64,000 nucleotides of DNA, from assembly GCA_963822965.1 (NCBI GenBank), contig CAWGJT010000012.1:96001-160000 (forward strand), in the 5' to 3' direction. Shown in pieces: positions 47,553-56,564 of the stretch; position 1 is the first letter of the stretch, and every line of letters starts with the position of its first letter. Position numbers and translations under genes: made by a program. The DNA is from an uncultured delta proteobacterium. Its GTDB lineage: Bacteria; Myxococcota_A; UBA9160; UBA4427. A model generated the notes under the pieces. That model did not search any database, had not been told where the DNA came from, and saw only the letters and a list, made by a program, of their open reading frames with translations.

Positions 47553-48446
47553 TCAGCCGCCGCCCTTCGGCCGGCTGCCGTAGTCCTCGAAGGGGTCGTC
47601 GCGCTCGCGCACCGCCTGGCGAAAGCCCACCTCCTGGGCGCGCGCGACGAAGTCGAGACCTTCCTGGGTGTGCCGGGCGACACCGTCGAAGAGCGTGCCG
47701 AGGGTGCGGCTCGACGCGAAGCCCATGTTCTCGATCGTCTGGTTGGCGAGCAGCTTGAGCATCACGAGCTGGCTCGTCGGCACGCGGGCCATGCGCCGGG
47801 CCAGCGCCATGGCGTGGGCCTCGAGCTCGCCGTCCGGAACCGTTTCCAGCACGAGCCCGATCTCCGCGGCCTTGGGCGCGGGGATCTCGTCTCCCGTCAG
47901 CAGGTAACGCTTCGCCTTCTCGATCCCCATGCGGTAGACCCACATGGCGGTGGTCGGCGTTCCCCAGACGCGCGACGGCGGATAGCCGAAGCTCGCCCCC
48001 TCCCCCGCCACGATCAGGTCGCAGCACAGGACCATGTCGGTCCCGCCCCCGATGCACCAGCCCTGCACGGCCGCGATCGTCGGCTTCCGCGCGTACCAGA
48101 GCTTCATGTAGGTGTCGACGAAGGAGCCGATCATGCGCATGTCGGCGACCGAGTCCCACACGCGCCGGCGCTCCTCGCCGGGCGCGTCGAGGGACGCCGC
48201 CCCGTCCGACGGCTTCTCCTGGGCCTGGGCCGACGTGGACCAGTCCAGCCCGTAGCCGGCACAGAACGCGCGCCCCTCGGCCCGCAGCAGGATGACCCGG
48301 ACCTCGCGATCCGCATCGGCATCGTCGATGGCGCGAGCCAGCTCGTCCCGCAGCGCCGGCGTGATGGTGTTGTACTCGGCCGCTCGGCAGAGCACGATGG
48401 AACGCACGCCGGCCTCGGTCTCGACGCGCAGGGTGGTGAAGCTCAT
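47553..48446 (-). CDS. Crotonase/enoyl-CoA hydratase family protein
   Basis: YNTIT, VILLRAEGRAFCAGYGL, KPTIAAVQGWCIGGGTD, FGYPPSRVWG, LLTGD. Confidence 0.92.
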   Translation of the reverse strand: MSFTTLRVETEAGVRSIVLCRAAEYNTITPALRDELARAIDDADADREVRVILLRAEGRAFCAGYGLDWSTSAQAQEKPSDGAASLDAPGEERRRVWDSVADMRMIGSFVDTYMKLWYARKPTIAAVQGWCIGGGTDMVLCCDLIVAGEGASFGYPPSRVWGTPTTAMWVYRMGIEKAKRYLLTGDEIPAPKAAEIGLVLETVPDGELEAHAMALARRMARVPTSQLVMLKLLANQTIENMGFASSRTLGTLFDGVARHTQEGLDFVARAQEVGFRQAVRERDDPFEDYGSRPKGGG

Positions 48447-48856
48447 CGCCCCGCGCGCGTCCCGCGGCCGCGCAGCCATCGCCGCGACCAGGCGCGCAGC
48501 TTGTGCAGCGCCTGGGGGCCAGAGAGGATCACGCCGAGCCAGAAGGTCACCTCGGCGCCGAGCAGCATGCCGCCGCCCACCCCGGCGCGACCCTCGACCG
48601 AGAGCGGAAGCAGGGGAACGGCGGGCAGCGGCGCCCAGAGCAGGAAGGAGATCGCGATCAGGAAGAGACCGGTTCGCGTCCAACGCGGTGCCGCGACCGC
48701 GAGCGGCCAAGCCGGATCGGGGGCGCCCTCGCAGCCGAGCGACGACTTCGTCGCGTCCGCAGACGCCCGCCGTGCGCTGTACGGAGCCCCCGCCACGGAC
48801 CAGAACGTACCGAGCGGCGCCCGGAACCGCACCCTGCGCGGACGCGGGAGGCTCAA
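48443..48856 (-). CDS. Small membrane protein, 'transporter suffix domain'-like
   Basis: GLFLIAISFLLWAPLPAVPLLPLSVEGRAGVGGGMLLGAEVTFWLGVILSG; stop overlaps the next start; true start may be further downstream. Confidence 0.6.
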   Translation of the reverse strand: MSLPRPRRVRFRAPLGTFWSVAGAPYSARRASADATKSSLGCEGAPDPAWPLAVAAPRWTRTGLFLIAISFLLWAPLPAVPLLPLSVEGRAGVGGGMLLGAEVTFWLGVILSGPQALHKLRAWSRRWLRGRGTRAGR

Positions 48857-49560
48857 TCGCCGTCCGGCGCCGCGCCGACGCCCTCTTCTTCCAGGGCGTC
48901 GATCGCCCGCTCGGCGGCGGTGCGCACCGTCGGGTCGACGTCGTCGAGCAGCGGCTCGATCTCGGAGATCGCGCTCGCGTCCCCCGCCCGCTGCAACGCG
49001 TCCAGGGCCGCCAGCACGATGTCCACGTCGGCGCTGTCGAGCAGGTCGGCGAAGGCGGCCGCGAACGGCTCACCGCCGGCGGTCGAGAGCGACCCCGGCG
49101 ACTCCTCGTCGGGACGGATCCGCAGCCTGGCGATCCGATGCTGCTGGGACACGGGGTCGAAGGCGACGTCCACCTCGAAGTCGACGCCCCGCAGCACCAC
49201 CGCGAGAACGTCGAAGAGCGGTGCGGCCCGGATGCTCGCGGTGAGCCGGCGGTCTTCGATGCCGGACTCGCCCACCTCCAGGCTGAAGCCCGCGGTGCGC
49301 GCGAGCGCCTCCAGCACCTCGGAGAGAGGGGACTCGTTCGCCCGCAGGTCGACGAGGCGCCCGTCCAGCGTCACCGCGACCCCGCCCGCCGGGGGCAGCT
49401 CGCGTTCGGTCGCAACGGCCGCCGGAGCCGGCGCGGAGTCGGCGGCGGGAGCGGAGGCCGAGTCGGCCCCGCCTCCGGCTTCCTGCCGGCAGCCGGAGGC
49501 GGCGAAGCCGAGCAGCACGACCGCCGCGAGGGACCTCCGGATCGTCGGACGCCGGATCAG
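48853..49560 (-). CDS. Lipoprotein with STN/secretin-N-like domain and C-terminal HEAT repeat
   Basis: Lipobox ASGC; VDLRANESPLSEVLEALARTAGF; LL..D.DIVLAALDAL...L..LLDDVDPTVRTAAERAI; start codon unclear (near 49560 or GTG 49518). Confidence 0.6.
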   Translation of the reverse strand: MIRRPTIRRSLAAVVLLGFAASGCRQEAGGGADSASAPAADSAPAPAAVATERELPPAGGVAVTLDGRLVDLRANESPLSEVLEALARTAGFSLEVGESGIEDRRLTASIRAAPLFDVLAVVLRGVDFEVDVAFDPVSQQHRIARLRIRPDEESPGSLSTAGGEPFAAAFADLLDSADVDIVLAALDALQRAGDASAISEIEPLLDDVDPTVRTAAERAIDALEEEGVGAAPDGD

Positions 49561-50705
49561 TCGAGCCCCAGGCGCCGGGCGATGATCACCTTCATGATCT
49601 CGTTCGTGCCGGCGTAGATCGATTGCACCGCGGCGTCCTGGTAGTCGCCCGAGATGGGATACTCCGTCATGAAGCCATAGCCGCCGTGGAGCTGCAGGCA
49701 CTCGGCGGCGACCTTCTTCTGCAGGTCCGTGGTCCAGTACTTGGCCATGCTGACCTCCTTCACGATCTCGTCCCCTCGAACGTGGGCCGTCAGCAGCTTG
49801 TCGACGAAGGCCTGACCGATCTCGATCTCCGTGGCCAGCTCGGCGAGCTTGAACTGGGTGTTCTGGAAGCCGGCGATCGGGCGACCGAAGGCCTTGCGCT
49901 CCTTCACGTAGGCCAGGGTGTCCTCGAGCGATCGGTGGCACGAGGCGATCGAGGCCACCGCGATCGAGAGGCGCTCCTGCTGCAGCTGCGACATCAGCAT
50001 CTTGAAGCCCTGGCCCTCGAGGCCCAACAGGTTCTTCGCCGGAACGCGACAGCCCTCGAAGAAGAGCTCGCTCGTGTCCTGTCCCTTGAGCCCGATCTTG
50101 TCCAGATTGCGGCCGCGCTGGAAGCCCGGCGTGTCGGTCTCGACGAGCAGCAGGCTGACGCCGCGGTGGGGCGGATCCGCGTCCGGGTCGGTCTTCGCGA
50201 CGACGATCACCAGGTCGGAGATCTGTCCGTTGGAGATGAAGGTCTTGGCGCCGTCCAACACGTAGTGGTCGCCCTCGCGGATGGCGCGGCTCTGTACGTT
50301 CGCGAGATCCGACCCGGTTCCCGGCTCGGTCATGGCGATGGCCAGGATGCAGTCACCGGCGATGGCCGGCACCAGATAGCGGCGCTTCTGCTCCTCCGTT
50401 CCGAACGCCTCGAGATAGGGCATGCAGATGTCCGAGTGGAGCGACAGCATCAGGGCGTGGGCCCGCACCCGGGCCAGCTCTTCCATGATCACGGCCTCGA
50501 AAAGGAAGTCGCCGCCGCCGCCGCCGTACTCCTCGGGCGCGCTGGCGCCGAGGAAGCCATGCTCGCCGCACTGCTTCCAGGTGGCGCGGTCGGTGATGCC
50601 GGCCTCGTTCCACCCCGCCACCCGGGGTGCGATCTCCGCCTCCACGAAGCGGCGGAACTCGGCCCGGAAGTGCTCGTGCTCGTCGGAGAAGAGGTCTCTG
50701 CGCAT
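49557..50705 (-). CDS. Acyl-CoA dehydrogenase
   Basis: PEEYGG.G, IAMTEPGTGSDL, GAKTFISNG, QDTSELFF, RKAFG, LQLHGGYGFM.EY, IYAGTNEIMK. Confidence 0.96.
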   Translation of the reverse strand: MRRDLFSDEHEHFRAEFRRFVEAEIAPRVAGWNEAGITDRATWKQCGEHGFLGASAPEEYGGGGGDFLFEAVIMEELARVRAHALMLSLHSDICMPYLEAFGTEEQKRRYLVPAIAGDCILAIAMTEPGTGSDLANVQSRAIREGDHYVLDGAKTFISNGQISDLVIVVAKTDPDADPPHRGVSLLLVETDTPGFQRGRNLDKIGLKGQDTSELFFEGCRVPAKNLLGLEGQGFKMLMSQLQQERLSIAVASIASCHRSLEDTLAYVKERKAFGRPIAGFQNTQFKLAELATEIEIGQAFVDKLLTAHVRGDEIVKEVSMAKYWTTDLQKKVAAECLQLHGGYGFMTEYPISGDYQDAAVQSIYAGTNEIMKVIIARRLGLD

Positions 50706-50724
50706 GTCGATGGCTCCTTCCGCT

Positions 50725-53169
50725 TCAACGGGCCCAGCCGCCCGTCGTGCCGAGCAGAGAGCGTACGCGATCCGCGACCTCCTCGATCTCGCTGGTTCCC
50801 GCCGGCTCCAGGGTTCCCACGGTTCCGTCGAACATCCGGGCGAGCCCGCGGCGCACCATCGTCTCGTGCATGCCGGAGAGGTCGCGGTGCGGTCTGACGT
50901 AGCCGCCGGAGACCAGCCGGGAGCAGAGCAGCTCGAGCCCCTGCTGGGGCCGCGTCGTGCCGCGGTTGTTGCGCGGCTCGGTCTCGGCCCGGGCCACGAC
51001 GAGATCGACCAGCGACGACCCGAGGCGCATCAGGAATCCCTGGCTGCGCCGGGGCAGGGGATAGATGTGGACGCTCTTTCCCGACGCGGCGGCCTCGGCG
51101 AGCATCGACTCGCTCTCCCCCGTCACCACCAGCACGTCCGCCAGGGCCAGGTAGCCGAGCAGCGGGTTCTCGCTCGCCGTCTGGCCCGGCTCCCAGCGAT
51201 GGAACCACGCCGCGTCCGGCAGCCCCCGGGCGATGGCCTCGATGGCCGCCTCGCCGGTGCGGCGACTGGTCGTCACGAAGACCGAGCCGCCCGTGCGCGC
51301 CGCCATCGCGGCGACGTCCCGGGCGAGCTTCTCGGCGACCTGGGGCGAGAAGGAGTAGTGGTGGGACGGTCCGCCCACGAGCACGGCGATGCGCGGCGAG
51401 GGGTGCCCGTCGAACAGGAACTTCCACTGCAGGGCCGACTCCTCCAGCTTCGATCTCCGGATGCGCGTGAGCACCCCCGCCGTCTCCATGCGATTCGGAT
51501 GGGGGATGAGGCGCGCGTGGGCCGGCGCCACGGCCAGGTCGAAGGGCTCGGCGGGATTGGCGCCCTTGCGGCCGAGCTGGACGATGCGCGTGCGACCACG
51601 GGACTGCTCGCTGATCCAGCGGGACACCGGGGCGGTGCGGCGGCCGGCGGCGATCACCACGTCCGGCCACGGCGCCGCGAGGCGCGCGCGACTGGCCCGG
51701 CGCACGATGTGGGCCGCTGCGCCGAGCAGCGGGTTGGGAAGGAAGACCGTCGGACCGAATCGCAGGTCGATGCGCTCGTAGGGCCAGCCGAGCTCCTCCG
51801 CGAGGCCGATCGACTGGGTGGTGTTGCCGGGACGGTCGTCGCACAGCACCCAGACCGACGGTGCGCCCGCGCGCGGGAAGCGGCCGCCCGAGCGGAAGAA
51901 CGGCTCGTCGTCCCCTTCCCGCAGGGCGAGCTGCCAGTGCACGTCCGGGTGCCGCACGCCCGCCGACTCGAAATGGGCGACCCACCAGGAGCGCGTCATC
52001 ACGGTGCCCACGGGTGGATGGCCCCGGGGCGGCCGGGACGGCGCCACACACGGTACGTCGGCCACCACCAGCCGACGCGCCCGCGCGAAGATCGCCTCGA
52101 CCACCCAGGGCATGTCCTCGGGCGGGATCGCCTCGAGACATCCCAAGACCAGGACCGCATCGCTGTCGGGGCCCGACGACGGCGCCTCGTCGCGCAGCAG
52201 GGGCAGGAGGCCGCTGTGGGACTCGCGCGGAATTCCCCAACGGGCGCTCCCGGCGGCGGCGTCCCGCCGCGCCTCGCTCCCGCCGGTCACCTCGAGCAGC
52301 GATTCCACCTCGAGGTCCGCGAGCAGCCCCAGCACCACCTCCCGAAGCGCCGGGGAAGCCGGGGCCTCCCGGGCCGTCTCCGCCGGCGGCGCGCCGCGGC
52401 ACGCCAGCAGCTCCCGGAAGAAGGAGGTGGGGTGCTCGCGGGTGAAGGCCTCGAAGCCCGACGCGATCGCACCCCGCTCGAGGTCGAGCCACAGCTGCTC
52501 GTCCCGATTCGTCCGGTAGACGAAGCGCTCGGGGAAGGGCCGCCACGGCTGGGTGTGCAGGGTGGAGTAGTGCAGCAGGTGCGAGTGCCCGGGCACGTAT
52601 TCGGTATCGCGTGCATTCCAGTGCGGATCGAGGGGCCCCCGGATTCCCGGCTCGCGCAGGGTGCGGCGGAGGATCGACTTCTTCTTGTCGTGGCGCGCGT
52701 CGTGCAGGCTCCAGACGCTTGCCATGCGCTCGCAGTCGATCAGCATCACCGAGGTCTCGGTGTCGCTGATCGCCAGGTAGCCCGCGCCCGCGAGATCCTG
52801 GTCGAAGAGCAGCGCCGGATCGCTCAGGAAGATCTGATCCTCGTCACAGTAGATGGCGCGGCCGGTCTGGCCGGCGTAGTGGGGGATTGCGAAGCGGTAG
52901 TTGGTGAAGCCCGTCGTCCAGCCCGTCCGCTCGAACCCGGCGAGCTGGGACATGACGTAGATCTCGTAGACCCGCGCGGGATCGCGCACCTGCTCGATCG
53001 ACCAGACGAACGCCCGGGTGGCCCGGAACTGGGCAGGCTCCGTGCCCAGAAAGATCCGGACCGGCGGGGCGGCGCTCGGCGAGGCGCCGGTCGCCGGCAG
53101 GGTGATCCGATCCGGCACCGCTCGTTCCGCAAGGGCGGCGGCCGGGAGCGTCGCTTTCGTCGCTGTCAT
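50725..53169 (-). CDS. Multidomain fusion: GT-A glycosyltransferase-like, degenerate methyltransferase-like, ELM1/GtrOC1-family putative glycosyltransferase
   Basis: N: IFLGTEPAQ, TGFTNYRFAIP, GRAIYCDEDQIF, SVMLIDC, WNARD, LLHYSTLHTQPW; middle: LEAIPPEDMPWVV, WW; C: VWVL.D.RPG...QSIGLAE.LG, PWPDVVIAAGR, VLVGG, VTTSRRT, NP.LGYLALAD.LVVTGESESML.EA. Confidence 0.8.
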   Translation of the reverse strand: MTATKATLPAAALAERAVPDRITLPATGASPSAAPPVRIFLGTEPAQFRATRAFVWSIEQVRDPARVYEIYVMSQLAGFERTGWTTGFTNYRFAIPHYAGQTGRAIYCDEDQIFLSDPALLFDQDLAGAGYLAISDTETSVMLIDCERMASVWSLHDARHDKKKSILRRTLREPGIRGPLDPHWNARDTEYVPGHSHLLHYSTLHTQPWRPFPERFVYRTNRDEQLWLDLERGAIASGFEAFTREHPTSFFRELLACRGAPPAETAREAPASPALREVVLGLLADLEVESLLEVTGGSEARRDAAAGSARWGIPRESHSGLLPLLRDEAPSSGPDSDAVLVLGCLEAIPPEDMPWVVEAIFARARRLVVADVPCVAPSRPPRGHPPVGTVMTRSWWVAHFESAGVRHPDVHWQLALREGDDEPFFRSGGRFPRAGAPSVWVLCDDRPGNTTQSIGLAEELGWPYERIDLRFGPTVFLPNPLLGAAAHIVRRASRARLAAPWPDVVIAAGRRTAPVSRWISEQSRGRTRIVQLGRKGANPAEPFDLAVAPAHARLIPHPNRMETAGVLTRIRRSKLEESALQWKFLFDGHPSPRIAVLVGGPSHHYSFSPQVAEKLARDVAAMAARTGGSVFVTTSRRTGEAAIEAIARGLPDAAWFHRWEPGQTASENPLLGYLALADVLVVTGESESMLAEAAASGKSVHIYPLPRRSQGFLMRLGSSLVDLVVARAETEPRNNRGTTRPQQGLELLCSRLVSGGYVRPHRDLSGMHETMVRRGLARMFDGTVGTLEPAGTSEIEEVADRVRSLLGTTGGWAR

Positions 53170-53537
53170 GCAGGGGTCCCCCCGTCAGAACCATCGCCTG
53201 GGCGAGCTTCGTGCTTGAAGCAACCTCGGGTGATTCGGAAGGAAGCGAACGGGGGCGGGTTCGCGCCTGGGAGCCTACCAAACCCGGACCTCCCCAACGC
53301 CAGCCGTGCAGGACCCGGCCCGAGGGCGAAGCTGCCGGCCCAGCCTCCTCCGGAACCCGCGGGGCTTCTCCGATTTCCCGTTTCTCCTCGACCATTTGGC
53401 GGCAGGCGGCCACCCCGGCCGTGCTATTCCTTCGGCTCGCGCGCCAAGCCGCGGGAGCCGGCGACGGAGCCCGCCGTCCATCGCCACCCGATCGGGGTCT
53501 CTGCGACCCGACTGCAGGCATCGAGGCGGTCGCAATC

Positions 53538-54572
53538 GTGCCGACAACGGCAGACCCGAAGGTCACGGTCTTCATGGCGGTCTACAACCGCGAGGCCCTC
53601 GTCGGCGAGGCCGTGACGAGCATCCTGCGACAGAGCTTCCGGGACTTCGAGCTGCTCGTCATCGACGACGGCTCCTTCGACGGCAGCGCCGAGGTGGTCG
53701 ACCGGCTCGCGGACCCGCGGATCCGCCTGGTGCGGCAGCCCGAGAACCTGGGCATCCCGCGCACGCGCAACCACGGCCTCGCCCTGGCTCGCGGCGAGTA
53801 TCTGGCCATCCTCGACAGCGACGACGTGGCGTTCCCCAAGCGCCTCCAGAAGCAGGTCGCCTTTCTCGACAGGCATCGCGAGATCGCCGCGATCGGGGGC
53901 TGGGCGACGCGCATCCGAGCCGACGGCCGGCGCAAGCTCCCGGTCGTGCGGCCCACCGGGTCGCGCGCCATCCGCGCCCGGGTGCTCTTCACGACCTGCT
54001 TCAAGAACCCCACGATGATGGGACGGACCGCCGCCATGCGGGAGTTCGGCTACCGCGAGGAGTTCGTCATCTGCCAGGACATCGACCTGTGGAGCCGCAT
54101 GTCCGCCAAGTACGCGCTGGCGAACCTGCCCGAGTTCCTGATCCGCTACCGGCTCGGGGGCACCAGCCACCAGGACGCGGCGCTCGCGGCCCGCATGAAG
54201 AAGCGAACCGCCGCCGACCAGCTGCGCGACCTCGGGCTGCCCTTCGACGAGGCGGACCTCGAGCGTCACCACCGGCTGCGAAACCCGAAGAACTTCCGGC
54301 CGGACAGCGAGTTCGTCGCCTGGAGCGGCGACTGGCTGGCGCGCCTGATGGCCGCCAACCGCACCAACCCCTGCTATCCGGAGCCCGAGTTCACCGAGGC
54401 AGCCGCCGAGCGCTGGTTCCGGCTCGGACTGGTGGCCGTCGGCGCGGGGCTGCCCCCGGCCCCCTTCTTCCGTCACCCCGAGCTCGGCCGCCGGGTGCCG
54501 GCGGTGCTGCGGGAGCTCGCCACGCTCGCGTCCAGCGGGCTGCGGCGTCGGAGCCCGCCGGCGGCGGAATGA
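53538..54572 (+). CDS. Glycosyltransferase family 2
   Basis: KVTVFMAVYN, ELLVIDDGSFD, N.G...RN.GL..ARGEYLAILDSDD, QDIDLW, YR; GTG start inferred. Confidence 0.92.
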   Translation: MPTTADPKVTVFMAVYNREALVGEAVTSILRQSFRDFELLVIDDGSFDGSAEVVDRLADPRIRLVRQPENLGIPRTRNHGLALARGEYLAILDSDDVAFPKRLQKQVAFLDRHREIAAIGGWATRIRADGRRKLPVVRPTGSRAIRARVLFTTCFKNPTMMGRTAAMREFGYREEFVICQDIDLWSRMSAKYALANLPEFLIRYRLGGTSHQDAALAARMKKRTAADQLRDLGLPFDEADLERHHRLRNPKNFRPDSEFVAWSGDWLARLMAANRTNPCYPEPEFTEAAAERWFRLGLVAVGAGLPPAPFFRHPELGRRVPAVLRELATLASSGLRRRSPPAAE

Positions 54573-55402
54573 GCCCGCAGCGCCCTCCGCGCTTCGAGCA
54601 GCGATCTCTCGACTCCCCCCTGCGTCGGCTGCGTCGCGCGGCGCGGCGCTGGGTCGCGAGGCGCTTCGTCCACCGCCACCGGGTCTCTCGTCTCCGGATC
54701 GGGGAAGGCAGCTTCAAGCGGATCCGCTTCGGCGACGCCTGGACGGCGGCGCGCGCGGCGGACGCCCTCGAGCACTTTCGGGACGCCCCGGAGGTCCCCA
54801 CCCTGTGGGCCCGCTTCGATGCGGAGCTGCTCGTCGAGTTCGTGGAGGGCGAGCCGCTCTCGAGCCTCGGGGCGGAGAGCGCGGAGCCGCTCGCCCGCTT
54901 CTTCGCGCGCATCCATCGTGGCGGCAGCCGGCGCCTGCCCATCGGCGAGTCGGGAGCCGTCGCCCGGGCCGAGCGCGATCTCGCCTTCCTGCGCGAGGTG
55001 GGGATCCTGGACGCGACCCGGGGAGCCCGTGTCGCCGGGGCCATCGACCGGCTCGCTCCTCCCGCGGTCCATGTCGGCTGGGACTACCCCGACGCCGTCG
55101 CCAAGAACTTCGTGCGCCGCCCGAACGGGACCCTGGTGGGCATCGACGTCGAGGCCCTGCGGCCCGATGCGCTCGTGGGAACGGGAATCGCCAAGAGCCT
55201 GGCGCGCGCGGACGACCCCCATCGAGCCCGCTTCCTGAAGGCCTTCGAGCCCCTCTCGGACCTGGACCTCGCCCCGGCCCTGCCCTTCGTCGAGCTCTGC
55301 TTCCACCTGGCCTGGCTGAGGAATCGCTGCCTCAAGGGAAGCCGGCTGGACCCGGCGGCCCTGGAGCGCTTCTGCGCCGTCGGGGCCCGCCGATCAGACT
55401 GA
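54569..55402 (+). CDS. Protein-kinase-like small-molecule/glycan kinase (APH/Kdo-kinase-like)
   Basis: ATGA overlap with GT2; FKRI, VP.L, LLVEFVEGEPL, LARFFARIH, catalytic-loop YPDAVAKN, IDVE; lies inside a longer ORF of the track. Confidence 0.65.
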   Translation: MSPQRPPRFEQRSLDSPLRRLRRAARRWVARRFVHRHRVSRLRIGEGSFKRIRFGDAWTAARAADALEHFRDAPEVPTLWARFDAELLVEFVEGEPLSSLGAESAEPLARFFARIHRGGSRRLPIGESGAVARAERDLAFLREVGILDATRGARVAGAIDRLAPPAVHVGWDYPDAVAKNFVRRPNGTLVGIDVEALRPDALVGTGIAKSLARADDPHRARFLKAFEPLSDLDLAPALPFVELCFHLAWLRNRCLKGSRLDPAALERFCAVGARRSD

Positions 55403-55673
55403 GATGCGCATTCGGTCAATCTCGCTACGCTTCCCCTCATTGGCGGGGGGTGTCGACATTCCCGCGGGGCACCTCCCGCGAGGCTCAGCCGTGTCGAAGA
55501 GCTCTCTCCGCAGGCAGACTGAAGCGTCACCTCTGTGCGACCGAAGAAAGGGCCGGAGGGACCCCGGAGCGATTCCGGAGGTTCCCGCATCATCAGGCCA
55601 CCGGATAGGCACGCCCGAGCCCGCCTGCTATTGAAGGGCGGGCTTCGGGTCGGGCGTTCCGAGGAGGACATCG

Positions 55674-56519
55674 GTGCAAATCGGCGGAATTCCCATCGGA
55701 GACGGTGCGCCGCTCGTGCTGATCTCGGGACTGAACGTCCTCGAGCGCAAGTCAGCGGCCATCGACACAGCCCGGACCATCCAGCAGATCGCACGGCGAC
55801 ACCGCCTGCCGCTGGTCTTCAAGGCCTCCTTCGACAAGGCCAACCGCTCCCGCGCGGACGGCTTCCGGGGCCCCGGCCTCGACGAGGGCCTTCGCATCCT
55901 GGCCGCGATCAAGCGCGACACCGGCCTGCCCCTGCTGACGGACGTCCACGAGCCCGGCCACGCGAAGATCGCCGCCGAGGTCGTGGACTGCCTCCAGGTG
56001 CCCGCGTTCCTGTGCCGGCAGACGGACCTGATCGCCGCCTGTGCGGCGACGGGTCTGCCGGTGAACGTCAAGAAGGCGCAGTTCATCGCACCCCAGGACA
56101 TCCGCCTGGCGGTGGAGAAGCTGCGCACGTTCGGCGCGTCCGACGTGCTCGTCACCGATCGCGGTGCGACGTTCGGCTACAACAACCTGGTGGCCGACAT
56201 GCGCGGCCTGATCCAGATGCGGGAGTTCGCGCCGGTGTGCTTCGACGCGACCCACGCCGTCCAGTACCCGGGGGCCGAAGACGGCGCCTCGGGCGGCGAT
56301 CGGCGCTTCGTGTCGGCGCTCTCTCGAGCGGCCGTGGCGACGGGAATCGACGCCCTCTTCGTGGAGGCCCACGCGAATCCCAGAATGGCGCCCTGCGACG
56401 GCCCGAGCCAGCTCGACTTCGACGCGCTGGACGCCCTGCTCACCGAGGTGTGCGCCATCGATCGAGCGCTCGCCGCCGTACCCGAGGACGTTCGCAAGCG
56501 GGCGCGCTGCGAGCGCTGA
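55674..56519 (+). CDS. kdsA: 3-deoxy-D-manno-octulosonate 8-phosphate synthase
   Basis: FKASFDKANRS, FRGPG, TDVHE, QVPAFLCRQTDL, NVKKAQF, DRGATFGYNNLV, FDATHAVQ, FVEAH, CDGP; RBS GAGGAGG. Confidence 0.97.
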   Translation: MQIGGIPIGDGAPLVLISGLNVLERKSAAIDTARTIQQIARRHRLPLVFKASFDKANRSRADGFRGPGLDEGLRILAAIKRDTGLPLLTDVHEPGHAKIAAEVVDCLQVPAFLCRQTDLIAACAATGLPVNVKKAQFIAPQDIRLAVEKLRTFGASDVLVTDRGATFGYNNLVADMRGLIQMREFAPVCFDATHAVQYPGAEDGASGGDRRFVSALSRAAVATGIDALFVEAHANPRMAPCDGPSQLDFDALDALLTEVCAIDRALAAVPEDVRKRARCER

Positions 56520-56564
56520 GGGATCGGGGGCGGATCCGGCCGCGGGTCGGTCCCGATCGTGGGC

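Noticed and set aside
44065..47583. 1172-aa Arg/Pro-rich ORF overlapping the RND permease (likewise 50422-53616, 56559-59321, 34047-36812)
   Set aside because: Alternative-frame or antisense shadows of well-supported genes
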